Below, one piece after another: positions 49,901 to 64,000 of a DNA stretch of 64,000 bases. The position numbers and the translations under genes are program-made. The notes under the pieces are model-generated. The model saw nothing but the letters and a program-made list of their open reading frames with translations, ran no database searches and was not told the DNA's origin. The DNA is from Octopus sinensis (taxonomy: Eukaryota). Each line of letters opens with the position of its first letter. Position 1 is the first letter of the stretch. The stretch covers positions 1-64,000 of the forward strand of contig NW_021835233.1 of NCBI RefSeq assembly GCF_006345805.1, read 5' to 3'.

Positions 49901-52039
49901 CTATACTCCGTGTTGGAGGGTTAAAGGCATAAAGAAAAAAGAAGAGGTATAAAATAAACTTATTTATTCCTAAGTTTGTTTTGTGGTTCTCTTTCAACTG
50001 TACAAACTTCATTCATGAGTGGTATATAATTTCCTTTTTGTTCAGCCATTAATCTTATTGGAAACCTGGGCCATTCTCTGTGGCAACACCTTTGTAATTG
50101 TCTGTGAGACGGAGCTGACCACACCATTTGTTCTGGGGTATAGAACTCACTACCCCCACCCCAACCCAACCCACACATCTTTTGCAGCGCAATTCCCCCC
50201 CCCCCATTTTTTCTTTTTCTTTGTTTCTTTGGGGGAGGTAGTTATGGTTTTATTTTTCAATACTTTGGTCTTTTACACGTTTAATGTTTTTCTTTCTTTT
50301 CTTTTTCTTCCTGTAAAAATACGTTGATAATAAATTTACCTTGACACTGATAAAAAAGAAGTTGTGGAGTAAAAAAAATAGCAATCAATAATCCAAGAGA
50401 TTATAGCTGTTCAGTGTGGTTGCTATAGTTTATATAAAACTAATCTATATCTCTTATATAAAATCCGTTCTGTCTGTCTGTGTGTGTCTTCTAGGATCTC
50501 GGACATCCTCCATCCGATTGCGCTCAAATTTGATATATAGATACCGACGGAATCAGAGAGTGTATAAGTCTTGCAAAAATTACAAATATTAATTCCAGGT
50601 GAGAATGCGATCAATAAAGCCCTGAGAACGTGCATTTGTAAAATCATTTTTCTTGGAATAGAAAAAAAGTCTATCTTTATTTCTTCTTTTGCTGGTGTCT
50701 CAAATTTAGGTTAAATCAGTGTTTCTTAAAGGGGAGGCCTATGGGATGGTCGGACAAATTGTTTTGAGAAAATTTGGTTTAAATGTTTGACAACTGAGCA
50801 CCGTCCATTGGACGGTGGTGGGGGGCGTTTTGCTCATACTTTATAAAATACTAAAATTTCAAATTCTGTTTATATGTGTTTGCTCCTCCCTTTTTTGCTT
50901 TGACTAAAGTGTGGATTGTCACAGCAAAATATTTTAGCTCAATGAATCTTAGACATAAGCCCTTGTACCTGAAAAAATTTCAATCAAATATGTCCCTTGG
51001 AAACACTCAAAACAGGAAGTTTGCCTCGCAGAACCAGGAGTTGTCTCAGGTGGGTTGGTTTCAAAATGGTTTAAAAATCAGTTATATATGTAGGCATGCA
51101 TGAATGTAAATGCTGATGTATTTACATATACAAGTACTGTAAATCCTTGAATATAATCCGCATTTTTTCCCCAAAGTTTAAAGGTCAAAATCCCTAGTGT
51201 GTACTATATACGAGGTTAAAAATGAAAGATATTTTCTAAGCAATGTCCGAGTCTCTATTTACTGTCCAGCTATGTTTATTCAGACGCATTTTGTGATGTA
51301 GGTCACGAAAATACCTTAAGCTAAGCCTGAAAGCAATGAAGTCATAAAAGAATCATCTATAACTTGCAATAAGCGACATTTATTAAAAGTTATTACTGTT
51401 ATTTCTTTATTTTCTGCAAACAAAATGCACGAAAATGCTACACGTTTGCATTATGTTATATATGCAATAATAATAAAGGACGTTACCGTATATATTTTTA
51501 CAAACCAAGGACTTAAAAAGACCTCCTTGATTCAAGTTAGAGACAGGGTGCGTATTATACACAAGATTTAGGTTTTTCAGAGGTACAGCCCCCTAAAAAT
51601 CCCCTGCGTATTATACTCAAGGACAGAATATACTTGAGGATTTACAGTATATGTATTGGCTGATGATGTCAGTGGATTTAATTTCTTCACCATCATCATT
51701 TTAACATTTGTTTTCCATGCTGGCATGGGTTAGACAGTCTGATTGAAGCTGATAAGCTAAAGAACGGCACCAGGCTCCAGTTGTCTGTTTTGGCTTGATT
51801 TCTATGACTGGATGCCCTTCCTAGTGCCAACCATTTTAAAGAGTGTACTGGCTGTCTTTTACATGTCACCAACACTGCTGTCCTTTTATGTGTCACCAGT
51901 ACGGGCGCCCTTTATGTGTCACTGGCACATGTGCCTTTTACATGTCAGTGGCACAGGTGCTTTTATGTATTACTGGTACTGTCTGTGACTGCAATTTCAC
52001 TGAGCTTGATTTGTTTTCTCAAGAACAACAAATTACCTG

Positions 52040-52220
52040 ATTTCATGGTCACTCCATGAGTGTCAACATCTGAAGATCATATTTTACCACCTTGCCCCTC
52101 GTCTTCCTACATTTACCTCTTCCACAAGTTCCCTTTACACTTACAGATTTGCACTTCTTTACAAAGCTGTCCTTGTCCATATGCATCACTTGACCATAGC
52201 AGTGCATTTTGATTTGTAGA
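52040..52220 (-). mobile_element. Degenerate RTE LINE C-terminal fragment
   Basis: CYGQVMHMDKDSFVKKC..GTCGRGKCRKT, homologous to the 58520-58874 ORF. Confidence 0.7.
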
Positions 52221-53059
52221 TCCGACTCAGGGGTGGTTCTAGGTGTGGTGTAGGTATAAAAAGAATATTTATGGGGGGTTGTCTTTGTACCCCCTCCACC
52301 TACCCAGTTTCTTTTGCTTGCATCCTCAAAGACTAAGCAGTTTGGTAGAAAGAATAATAAAATATGTACCAGACTTAAAAAATAAGTTCTGGGGTCGATT
52401 TCTTCAACTAGAACCATTCAAGGTGGTGCCCCAGCATGGCCACAGTCCAATAACTGAAGGATAGAAGACGTGTTAAAATTTCTCTTTTTATTTTTATTCC
52501 ATGTTCACAGAATTTATTTCTGATGTGTGAATTTAGATTACTGAGACTGAAATTTTTCTCTCCAAATTGAAATCTTTAGCTATGTTTCAATAATTTTATT
52601 TATATTTCATTTATTTATAATTTCATTTATATGTTGTGGTGCACCTGAGCACTGTATACAAGAATTTCATCATATTATATATTATATCATATATCACAAT
52701 TTTTCATTTAAAAAAAAAATTGATATTTTTTTAAAGATAGCAGATACGAAAGACTTTGATGTCTTTGAAATTCTTGGAAGTGATAACCACTGTGATTGAT
52801 ACTGGATGTGTTACAATCGATAATTTTCGTGATTTTCAATATGTGAAAATAATAAAAAAATGAATTATTATTTTTTTCATTCTGAACTTAATAAGTACTA
52901 CATAATCGATTACTTTTATATGCATGCATATCATATGAATCTGTCTATCGTTATATACTGCATGATAGATTTCTTAATTTTAATCCATTTTATTAGTTCG
53001 TAACCTTCGCTTGTTGTTAAATGCATGACAAATAAGATTGGCGATTTACATAAATGCAC

Positions 53060-53695
53060 ATATATTTCTTTATTGCCCACAAGGGGTTACACACAGAGGG
53101 GACAAACAAGGACAGACAAAGGGATTAAATCGATTACATCGAACCCAGTGCGTAACTGGTACTTAATTTATCGAGCCCGAAAGTATGAAAGGCAAAGTCG
53201 ACCTCGGCGGAATTTGAACTCAGAATGTAGCAGCAGACGAAATACCTATTTCTATTTCTTTACTACCCACAAGGGGCTAAATACAGAGGGGACAAACAAG
53301 GACAGACAAACGGATTAAGCCGATTACATCGATCCCAGTGCCAAACTGGTACTAATTTCATCAACCCCAGTGTGTAACTGGTACTTAATTTATTGACCCC
53401 GAAAGGATGAAAGGCAAAGTCGACCTCGGCGGAATTTGAACCCAGAACGTAACAGCAGACGAAATACCTATTTCTTTATTACCCACAAGGGGCTAAACAC
53501 AGAGGGGACAAACAAGGACAGACAAACGGATTAAGTCGATTATATCGACCCCAGTGCGAAACTGGTACTTATTTAATCGACTCCGAAAGGATGAAAAGCA
53601 AAGTCGACCTCTGCGGAATTTGAACTCAGAACATAACGACAGACGAAATACCGCTAAGCATTTCGCCCGGTGTGCTAACGTTTCTGCCAGCTCAA
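53060..53695 (-). mobile_element. SINE family A multimer (three or more units)
   Basis: Repeated GACGAAATACCTATTTCTTTA junctions; single head at ~53650-53695. Confidence 0.82.
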
Positions 53696-54189
53696 TGCAC
53701 ATAGGTCAAATTTTCCCATTTTATGGAACCAATTTATTGGTCAAGGGAGGCAACTCTTGATTTAGAAGTTGAGAGTAGTTTTCCCCTGATAATTTGGAAG
53801 TTTGTCAACACTATTTTCCTATAGATTTTAGGTGGGATTTTTATCGCTGTTCGGTCGAGGTAAACCACCATTAATTCATAGTGACAGAGCCGGGGATATG
53901 TGTGTGTGTAAATAGAAGTTTACCCCATAACAGTGTTATGATGTATTTGAAATATGCTGGTTTTGGCCCTGTCTCTAATCTGGGGGTTTCCGATAATTTT
54001 TTTATCCATGGACCTCTTTCATCACTATTTTATTCCAGTGGACCCCCATCACCATTCGATGCTTTAAAACTAAGTTTTACAGATACGTTTTTTAAAATTC
54101 TTGTTTTGTTTGTCCCATACTGATTTGTGTGGGTTCTTGTTGGTTCATGCAATAAATACATCTCTAACAAAGTGTTTTTCACAGTCTCT

Positions 54190-54790
54190 TAAAATAATCC
54201 ATTCTACTGAAGGCACAAGGCCTGAAATTTGGGTCAAGGGGACTAGTCAATTACATCGACCCAAGTGTTTCACCGGTACTTAATTTATCGACACTGAAAG
54301 GATGAAAGGCAAAGTCAACCTTAGTGGTTAAAGAATCTTTTCTGCTCTATGCACAAGGCCCAAAATTTTTGGGAAGTGGGGTCAGTCGATTAGATCGACC
54401 CCAGTACACAACTGGTACTTAATTTATCGACCCCAAAAGGAGGAAAGGCAAAGTCAACCTCAGCGGTTAAAGAAACTCTTCTACTCTAGGCACAAGGTCC
54501 AAAATTCTTGAGGAGAGGGCCAGTCGATTAAATTGACTCAAGTACGCAACTGGTACTTAATTTATCGACCCTGAGAGGATGAAAGGCAAAGTCAACTTCA
54601 GCGGTTAAAGAATCTTTCCTGCTCTAGGCACAAGGCCCAAAATTTTTGGGGAGGGTACCAGTTGATTAGATCAACCTGAGTACGCAACTGGTACTTAATT
54701 TATCGACCCCAAAAGGACGAAAGGCAAAGTTGACCTCAGCAGAATTTTGACGCAAAGACAGACAAAATACCGCGAAGCATTTTGTACGGT
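54190..54790 (-). mobile_element. SINE A-related subfamily, tandem array of four ~140-bp units
   Basis: GGCACAAGGCC..ACTGGTACTTAATTTATCGAC..GAAAGGCAAAGTCAACC repeated 4 times. Confidence 0.8.
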
Positions 54791-56985
54791 GGGCTAATAT
54801 TTATACCAGCTTACTGCCTTGGTCTCTTAAAATAGACCACCTTTCAGCTTAAAAGAGAGAAATTAAGATTGTGATATAATAATGAAAAAAATATCATCAT
54901 CATCATCATCATCATTGTCATCATCATCATTTAATGTCTGCTTTTCATGCTGGCATTAGTTGGATGGTTTAGCTAGAGCTGGTAAGCTGGAGAGCTGCAC
55001 CAGGTCCCAGTCGTGTGTTTTGGTTTGATTTCTTTGGTTTGATGCCCTTTCTAATGCCAACCAATTCCCAGAATGTATGTATTCGATATGTATTTATTTA
55101 TTATTAAGTGTTGGCATTGTACTCACCTTTGTCTAAAGATTTCTTTCAGAGAATTTTCAGGAAAAGGTGCAATAGTTTTCAAGAATAATTTGTTTTTCAA
55201 CATAATTGTAATAAAGTTATCAAAATGTATAAGGAAAAGAAAGCTGAGTTGCAAATATCCCCACCCCATATCTATTTTTCTGAAAGTTATGAGGAGACAG
55301 TATTAGGAAGGTGGCGTGCTGGCTGAAACGTCAGCACGCCGGGCAAAATGCTTAGCGGTATTTCGTCTGCCGCTACGTTCTGAGTTCAAATTCCGCCAAG
55401 GTCCACTTTGCTTTTCATCCTTTTGGGGTCAATTAAATAAGTACCAGTTACGCACTGGGGCAATGTAATCGGCTTAATCCATTTGTCTGTCTTTGTTTGT
55501 CCTCTCTATGTGTAGCCCCTTGTGGGTAGTAAAGAAATAAGAATTAGGGTGTGTGTGTAGGGGTACACTTCTGAAGTAATGTCCTACTGATGTAAGTAGA
55601 TTAAAGCTGACTCTCTTGTTCAACAAATGATACTAGAATCAGCATAATTTGGTTGATGCTGGATCAAACTTATAATTTGCAGAAAGTACTTTTGTAAATA
55701 TGTGGATGGCCCTTATATCCCTAGAAGTATAAACAGACATTAAAACATACTATTCCATAGTAAATTGAAATGTCACATTCGGATAAGATTTGTGATTGAA
55801 CTGTGTACTTGAAATACTGGATTATAAAAGAAACTAATAAACCACATTTTGATAAAAATATATTAAAACTGAAATTTAAAGAAATTTTCCAGACAGTCTA
55901 ACCTATTAATAATTGCTTTTTCTTAATAAAAGTTACATAATTCCAACTAATTAATAAGTCGCTTTCTCCATTATGTTAGAAGATAAAACATTTGTATAGC
56001 ATCATATGTGCCTTTTGCATTTTATTAGAAAAAATTGCCAAGAGAAATTTATCAGTAATAAACAGTATGTAGCCACAGGCTTGAGTGTATGTTTAAGAAG
56101 CTTGTTGTTTGTTCCTTCTCGAGCCATGCCTGGCTCATAAGGGCTGGTTTCCTGGTTTCTTTGGCGTATAGGTTCCCCACCTGGACGGGACGCCGGTCCG
56201 TCACAAGTGAGCTGCAAGATGCAGGAGAGAAAGAGCGAGAGAAATTTGTGGCGAAAGAGTCAGCAGAAGTTCGCCATTACCTTCTGCCGGAGCTGCATGG
56301 AGCTTAGGTGTTTTTGCTCATAAACACACACATCGCCCGGTCTGAGATTCAAACACAGGATCCCTCGACCGCGAGTCCACTGCTCTAACCACTAGGCCAT
56401 GTGCCTCCACGTTAAGAAGCTTGCTTCCCTACCATGTGGTCTTGGGTTCAGTTCCAGTGTCTAGCATCTTAGGCAATTGTCTTCTATTATAACCTTGGGC
56501 TGCCCAAGGACTTATGAGTGGAAACTGTAAAAATTCAGTTGCTTGACAACTGGTATTGGTTTGTTTACATCCTTGTAACTTAGTGGTTCAGCAAACAAAC
56601 AAAAATAAAGACTGATAGGTAAGCACTGAGTTTATAAAAAGCAAACACAAGAACTGGGGTCAATTTATTCGACTAAACCCTTCAAGACACACACACACAC
56701 ACACACAGATATATGTGTGTGTGTGTTTGTGTGTATATGTTTATACACACATACACACATCCTTTACTCTTTTACTTGTTTCAGGCATTTGACTGTGGCC
56801 ATGCTGGAGCACCGCCTTCAGTTGAATGAATCGACCCCAAGTTTTATTCTTTGTAAGCCTAGTACTTACTCTGTTGGTCTCTTTTGCCAAACTGCTAAGT
56901 TACGGGGATGTAAATAGACCAACATCAGTTGCCAAGTGATGATGTGTGACAAACATATACATTATATATATATGTGTGTGTGTAT

Positions 56986-57032
<47 letters not shown>

Positions 57033-57987
57033 ATGGGCTTCTTTTCAGTTTCTGTCTACCAAATCCACTCACAAGGCTTTGGTCGGTGTGAGGCTATAGT
57101 AGAAGACACTTGCCCTAGGTACCACGCAGTGGGACTGAACCCAGAACCATGTGTGGTTGGTAAGGAAGCTAACTTACCACACAGTCACTCATACGCCTGT
57201 GCCTATATGGAGAAGTTGTCATGAATTAGTGGCTGAGAGTAGCTTCAACTTGTGTTCAATTTGGTTTACAAGTAAAAGAAATAAAAAGAAAAATTAAGAA
57301 AAGTAAAAAAGGAAAAAATTACGTTTTGCATAAAAAAACACATTGAAAAAAACAATTTTCTGAATATGATTATATCAGAAAAATAATGATTTGTATTTGT
57401 GTGGTGAGTTAGAGAAGAAGTACAAGTGTAGTGTTACATCCATCTATAACTGGGGATTAATATGTCTGTCTGGGTGAGATTAGCATTAATTGATATTAGC
57501 TGAAGAAACGCTGAAATATTCATAATTAAAAAAAATAATGTTTTTTTATTGTGTAGCTGTATATTATTTGCATCTTCTAACCATCTTGTCACTTCATTCA
57601 GTATTTTGCCCTTTAACATCTAAACCAGTCATATGTGGCTCAACTTTTCTACCCATTTTATGCTGAAATTAGCCAGAACCAGCCTCTCAAATCTACCCTG
57701 CTATATCTTTAAAAAATGAAGTTATACGTTGGAAATCTCAAAACTATGAGATAACGTATGCTTAATTCAAAACCTTGTGAGTGAATAAGGATTACTTTTG
57801 ACAAAATAATCTGAATGCTAATACGGATTAATACCATTATTTTTAGATTACTTTTAAGAATTCCTAAGGACTTGAGACTGGTCTGTGATATACCGTCTTA
57901 AATAAACAATTCGTTCTCAATGAATATATTTTTTTAGCTGTTATAGAATATTTGGATCCACTGTGTATGTACATACATACATGTATG

Positions 57988-58047
<60 letters not shown>

Positions 58048-58245
58048 ATACCATGATAGACCGTTAGCTCCCACATGCATTTTTTTTCTCTCCTTGTTTC
58101 TTTTCTGTGTATCTTTCCCTCGAAGAGCGTAGGCTCGAAACATAAAAGACTTGTTCTATTTCTATTCCTGAGCGCCACACTAATAAATTTGTTTGTTTGT
58201 ACTCCACCTACCTTCGTCTTTTGTTTATTTTCGTAAACCTTCCCG

Positions 58246-58314
<69 letters not shown>

Positions 58315-58519
58315 ATGTATATATATGTATATCATCATCATCATCATCATTTAATGTCTGTTTTTCATGTTGGCATGGGCAGGACAGTTTGACTGAGATC
58401 TGGAGAGCCACCAGCTGCACCCAGCTCCAGTCTGATCTGGCAATGTTTCTACAGCTTGATGCCCTTCCTAATACCAACCACTCCGAGTGTGTAGAGGGTG
58501 CTTTTTATTTACCACCGGT

Positions 58520-59690
58520 ACAGCTCGTGAGGAATGAAGCCAGTATGCTCCGATGGATGTGTAATGTCAGTGTACATACTCGACAGAGCGTTAGCACCTT
58601 GAGAGAAATGTTGTACCTAAGAAGCATCAGTTGTGGTGTGCAAGAGAGACGATTGCGCTGGTATGGTCATGTGGCGAGAATGGATGAAGATAGGTGTGTG
58701 AGAAAGTGCCAATCCCTAGCAGTTGAGGGAACCCGTGGGAGAGGTAGACCCAGGAAAACCTGGGACGAGGTGGTGAAGCACGACCTTCGAACTTTAGGCC
58801 TCACTGAGGAAATGACCAGAGACCGAGACCTTTGGAAATATTCTGTACGTGAGAAGACCAGGCAGGACAAGTGAGCCCAGCCCACTTATGAATGCCTTTC
58901 CTCCCTTGGACACAAAGACCGGCTGAGGCAAGCGAAGTCGATATAGAACCTCATCCGACGACAGACACCCATGCCAACCCCCCATGCTTGCGAAGACATG
59001 TTGGGGCAAGCGAAATCGAAGCCGAATTGAACCAGCCAGGATCCCTGGCCTGGTGGTACGTAAAAAGCACTATCCGACTCGTGGCCGTGGCACGTAAAAT
59101 ACTCCAATGCGACCGTACGACAGGCACCCATGCCAACCTCCTTTGCTTGTGAAGACATGTTGGGGCAAGCGAAATCGAAATCGAATTGAACCAGCCAGGA
59201 TCCCTGGTCTGGTGGTACGTAAAAAGCACCATCCGACTCGTGGCCGTGACACGTAAAATACTCCAATGCGACCGTACGACAGGCACCCTTGCCAACCCCC
59301 TTTGCTTGTGAAGACATGTTGGGGCAAGCGAAATCGAAATCGAATTGAACCAGCCAGGATCCCTGGTCTGGGGGTACGTAAAAAGCACTATCCGACTCGT
59401 GGCCGATGCCAGCACCGCCTCGACTGGCTTCCGTGCCGGTGGCACATAAAATACACCAATCTGACCGTGGCCGTTGCCAGCCCCGCCTGGCACCTGTGCA
59501 GGTGGCACGTAAAAAGCACCCACTACACTCACGGAGTGGTTGGCGTTAGGAAGGGCATCCAGCTGTAGAAACATTGCCAAATTAGACTGGAGCCTGGTGC
59601 AGCCTTCTGGCTTCCCAGAACCCCGGTCGAACCGTCCAACCCATGCTAGCATGGAGAACGGACGTTAAACGACGATGATGATGATGATGG
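58520..59690 (+). mobile_element. RTE LINE 3' end: ORF C-terminus + long repeat-rich 3' UTR + (GAT)n tail
   Basis: RRLRWYGHVARMDEDRCVRKC..GRGRPRKTWDEVV, stop at 58874; UTR has ~3 internal tandem units of ~120-160 bp; GAT tail at ~59670-59690. Confidence 0.88.
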
Positions 59691-59816
59691 TACAGGAACC
59701 AGTCAGGCAGGCCTCGCGTCGTTCACATTTGGATAGTGCTTTTTACATACTACTGGCACAGGAGCCAGTGAGGGGCCACTCACATCGGCCATGTTCGGAT
59801 GGTATATATATATATT

Positions 59817-59904
<88 letters not shown>

Positions 59905-60217
59905 CAATTATGTGGATAAACAAGTTAGACATATTAAATATAATTAGATTTAATTCATTATATTTAACATATCTAATGTATCTCTGTTGTCTTTTCTGTA
60001 AATATTTCCATGGTTGTTGCTCTGATAAACTAATACCCTTATCAGACATGTAGTCATGATGGGTATACTGGGCTTCGTATATTTTACCCCAGTGTCACTT
60101 TGATGGCATGCGCTGCTCTCTCACTCAATGATAATAATAATAATGATAATGATAATAATAATGATAATGATAATGATAATAATAATAGTAATAATAATAA
60201 TAGTAATAATAATAATA

Positions 60218-60248
<31 letters not shown>

Positions 60249-60473
60249 TCAATTCTTTATTGCCCACAAGGAGCTAAGCGTACAGGGGACAAACAAGGAC
60301 AAAGGGGCTAAATCGATTACATCGACCCCAGTACGTAACTGGTACTTATTTAATCGACCCCGAAAGGATGAAAGGCAAAGTCGACCTCGGCGGAATTTGA
60401 ACTCAGAACATAGCGGCAGACTAAATACTGCCAAGCATTGCACCCGGCGTGCTAACGTTTCTGCCAGCTCACC
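60249..60473 (-). mobile_element. SINE family A monomer inserted in the (AAT)n array
   Basis: Full head-to-tail match, flanked by AAT repeats. Confidence 0.8.
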
Positions 60474-60491
60474 ATAATAGTAATAATAATA

Positions 60492-60522
<31 letters not shown>

Positions 60523-60545
60523 TAGTAATAATAATAATAATAATA

Positions 60546-60584
<39 letters not shown>

Positions 60585-60941
60585 GTAATAATAATAATAA
60601 TAATAGTAATAATAATAATAGTAATAATAATAATAGTAATAATAGTAATAATAATAATAGTAATAATAATAGTAATAATAGTAATAATAGTAATAATAAT
60701 AATAGTAATAATAATAGTAATAATAATAATAATAATAATAGTAATAATAATAATAATAGAAATAATAATAATAATAATAGTAATAATAATAGTAATAATA
60801 ATAATAGAAATAATAATAATAGTAATAATAATAATAATAGTAATAATAATAATAATAGTAACAATAATAATAATAATAATAGTAATAATAATAGTAATAA
60901 TAATAATAGAAATAATAGTAATAATAATAATAGTAATAATA

Positions 60942-60986
<45 letters not shown>

Positions 60987-60995
60987 GTAATAATA

Positions 60996-61031
<36 letters not shown>

Positions 61032-61187
61032 GTAATAATAATAATAATAGTAATAATAATAATAATAGTAATAATAATAGTAATAATAATAATAATAATA
61101 ATAGTAATAATAATAATAGAAATAATAATAATAGTAATAATAATAATAATAGTAATAATAATAATAATAGTAACAATAATAATAATA

Positions 61188-61218
<31 letters not shown>

Positions 61219-61265
61219 TAGTAATAATAATAATAGTAATAATAATAATAATAGTAATAATAATA

Positions 61266-61296
<31 letters not shown>

Positions 61297-61300
61297 TAGT
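60474..61300. repeat. ~830-bp (AAT)n array with AGT/AGA variants
   Basis: Direct reading. Confidence 0.98.
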
Positions 61301-62010
61301 ATGTAATGAAAAGAAATATTACAAGTAACTGCAGAATATGTGGAGATGGACAAGAAACAATAAATCATAGTATCTCTAGCTGCCCAGTCCTGGCTAAGAA
61401 GGAATATATTCACAGACATGACAGAGTTGGAACCTACATACATTGGAAGCTATGCCAACATTATGGAATAACAACAGAAAAAAGATGGTATAGGCACACA
61501 CCAGAAAAGGTCACAGAAAACGAGAAAGCAACCATACTCTGGGATATGCCGATACAAACAGATAGAGAAATTAAGGCCAACAGACCAGATATAGTTGTCA
61601 GAGACCATGAAGAAAAAAATGCTTTCTAATTGATGTATCAATACCGGCTGATGACAACGTGTCTCTAAAAGAAATGGAGAAACTCTCAAAATACAAAGAC
61701 CTGGAAATAGAGGTAACTAGAATGTGGAATCTGAAAACAGAAACAATTCCTATCATAGTAGGTGCATTAGGCATGATAAAAAAATATTCAGACAAATACA
61801 TAACAAAAACACCAGGACTTACAAACATACAGAAAATTGCACTACTAGGCACTGCACACATCCTACGCAGAACACTTTCCATACAATAACCATCAGAGCA
61901 TCACAACAAATCACAGCACATACCCAAGGCACACAGAGCTGCGCTCGGTAGTGAAGTGAAAGCACGCTATAAAAATAAAACTACTGAATAATAATAATAA
62001 TAATAATAAT
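61301..62010 (+). mobile_element. 5'-truncated R4/Dong-clade RLE LINE with (AAT)n tail
   Basis: CRICGDGQETINHSISSC, RHDRVG..HW, LWDMPIQTDREIKANRPDIVV, KLSKYKDL, IPIIVGALG, ALLGTAHILRR; one frameshift near 61620. Confidence 0.9.
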
Positions 62011-63014
62011 GGTTAATTCCCTGGTTGATTCTTTTTGGGGATGTGATGATAAATTCAATAGAAGCAGGTAAGCAGAAATTGAACTTGGTTATTAGCCGTT
62101 ACACGTAATTCCTTCAGATTTATTTGTTTAGCTGACTGGAAACCGAGAATGTAGGTTTTTGGCTTTTCTTCAGCTTGTCTGCTCTACTACTTTTAGTATT
62201 AGTGGCAGCAGCTTCTGGATTTATCAAATTTTCCAGTGATTGCAGCTTATTTATAATCATTACTTCTTTCATTGCTTGCTGCACGCTCTTCGTACACTGA
62301 CAAGGAATCGCGGCTTTCTTTACAAATACAATTTGAGTGATGGAAGCAATGGGTGTACGGTTAATTTGCAGATAATGCTATTGCCCTTGTCATGTCACAT
62401 CTTGTTACGGTTCCAGTTTACGTCTAAAAAATTTCCTTTTCCCCTGACCTTTTAAGCGTTATGCAATGAGATATGCGAAGCTGATATTACATTTAAAATT
62501 TACCTTATTAAGTTAATGTACCAGATTATAAACTTTTAGCCTTTGATTAGAAGATTGCACACAAATTTTGAATTATTTATAAGTTTCTTATACATCGCAG
62601 GTTGGCTTTGCAAAGAGAATCTCAACCGCAAACCCGTCATTATTTGTAATAACACACGATGTTTTCCAACATTTGTACACTCGTTCCACATCTAACAAGT
62701 TGCAATTTAAAACCAGAATGAGGAAACAAATGCCAAAGTTAATGCCTGAGCCCTGAAATTATATCAATTCTCATAATACCATTATTTTATTATAATGATA
62801 CCGAATGAAAGACGTTGCATTTAAATCCCCGTGTAGGAAATTGATAAAACAAAAGGGTAGGAACTGACATATTGATCTGGTGTTTATCATTATTCTTGGA
62901 AGCACCGAAGCCGTAGTAATTACTATGTTGCTTGAGTTAATTAAAATAGTCTGCGTTATGTCTTATAGAAAAATGTATTTATTATTGAAATTTAGTTGCA
63001 ACGATAATTTTTTA

Positions 63015-63426
63015 ATTGCCCTCATATATACATATATGTGTTTGTTTGTGTGTGTGTGTGTGTGTATACATGTATATATATGTATGTAGATATATATGTG
63101 TGTATATATATAGTACATATATATATGTGTGTGTGAGTATATATATAGTACATATATGTGTGTGTGTATATATATACTATATATATAAGTGTGTGTGTGT
63201 ATATATATATATATATGTGTGTGTATGCATGTGTATGTGTGTGTATATGTGTGTGTGTATACATGTATAAATATACATATGTATATATATGTGTGTGTGT
63301 ATGTGTATGTATATGTGTGTGTGTATACATGTATAAATACACATATGTATATATATATGTGTGTGTGTGTGTGTATAGTACATATATATGTGTGTGTGTA
63401 TGTATGTGTATAATACTTACACAGTG

Positions 63427-63463
<37 letters not shown>

Positions 63464-63635
63464 TTCATCCAAGTTTATTAAATAAGTTACAAATTTTAAT
63501 TTCATTTTGATTAATGTCATTAAACTTCAATCACTATCTCTGCACTGCAAATTATAATGAACTGCACACACACACTCACACACACACACACACAAACACA
63601 AACACACACACACACACATACACACACACACATGT
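63015..63635. repeat. (TG)n/(TA)n/(CA)n compound microsatellite
   Basis: Direct reading. Confidence 0.9.
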
Positions 63636-64000
63636 GGAAGGTGCAATGGCTCAGTGGTTAGGGCAGAAGACTCGCAGTCGTAGGATCGCGGTTTCGATTT
63701 CCAGACCGGGCATTGTGAGTGTTCATTGAGGGAAAACACCTAAAGCTCCACAAGGCTCTGGTAGCGGATGGTGGTGAACCCTGCTGTGTCCTTTCACCAC
63801 AACTTTCTCTCACTCTTTCTTCCTGTTTCCGTTGTACCTGTATTTCAAAGGGGCCAGCCTTGTCACACTCTGTGTCATGCTGAATTTCCCAGATAACTAC
63901 GTTAAGGGTACACGTGTCTGTGGAGTGCTCAGTCACTTGCACATTAATTCACAAGCAGGCGATTCCGTTGATTGGATCAACTGGAACCCTCATCATCGTA

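Noticed and set aside
60449-61443. Long poly-Asn (+) and poly-Leu (-) ORFs
   Set aside because: These are translations of the (AAT)n microsatellite
62120-62380. ~85-codon open frame on the minus strand
   Set aside because: No recognisable motif or convincing splice sites; possibly a TE relic
49223-64000. IFT122 exon 4 (expected GLWSPEQKSV-like sequence)
   Set aside because: No matching exon found; intron 3 presumably extends beyond the window

Overview
AT-rich, microsatellite-saturated animal genomic DNA. The repeat landscape looks like octopus/coleoid cephalopod (inference from repeat families, not proven). The only host gene I can support is the 5' end of IFT122 (WDR10, IFT-A complex) on the + strand: coding exons 39668-39708, 44747-44977 and 49146-49222 splice in frame; intron 3 runs off the window end. 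The rest is mostly a transposon graveyard. It contains a full-length Mag-like Ty3/Gypsy element (33355-37885) with identical 238-bp LTRs, 5-bp TSD, tRNA-Leu PBS and PPT, nested in an older Gypsy relic 1.8 kb upstream of the IFT122 ATG. It also has a large CR1-like LINE fragment whose ORF1 carries tandem CCCH fingers; RTE, R4/Dong, Hero-like and Penelope fragments; several tRNA-derived SINE families, including head-to-tail multimers inside single TSDs; Helentron-type, hAT and pogo-like MITEs; and three long fold-back inverted repeats, one a perfect 95-bp stem inside IFT122 intron 2. No CRISPR, rRNA or intact tRNA. Most ORFs in the supplied track are microsatellite or repeat artefacts. Repeat-element boundaries are read by eye and approximate unless anchored on TSDs, TIRs or splice sites.
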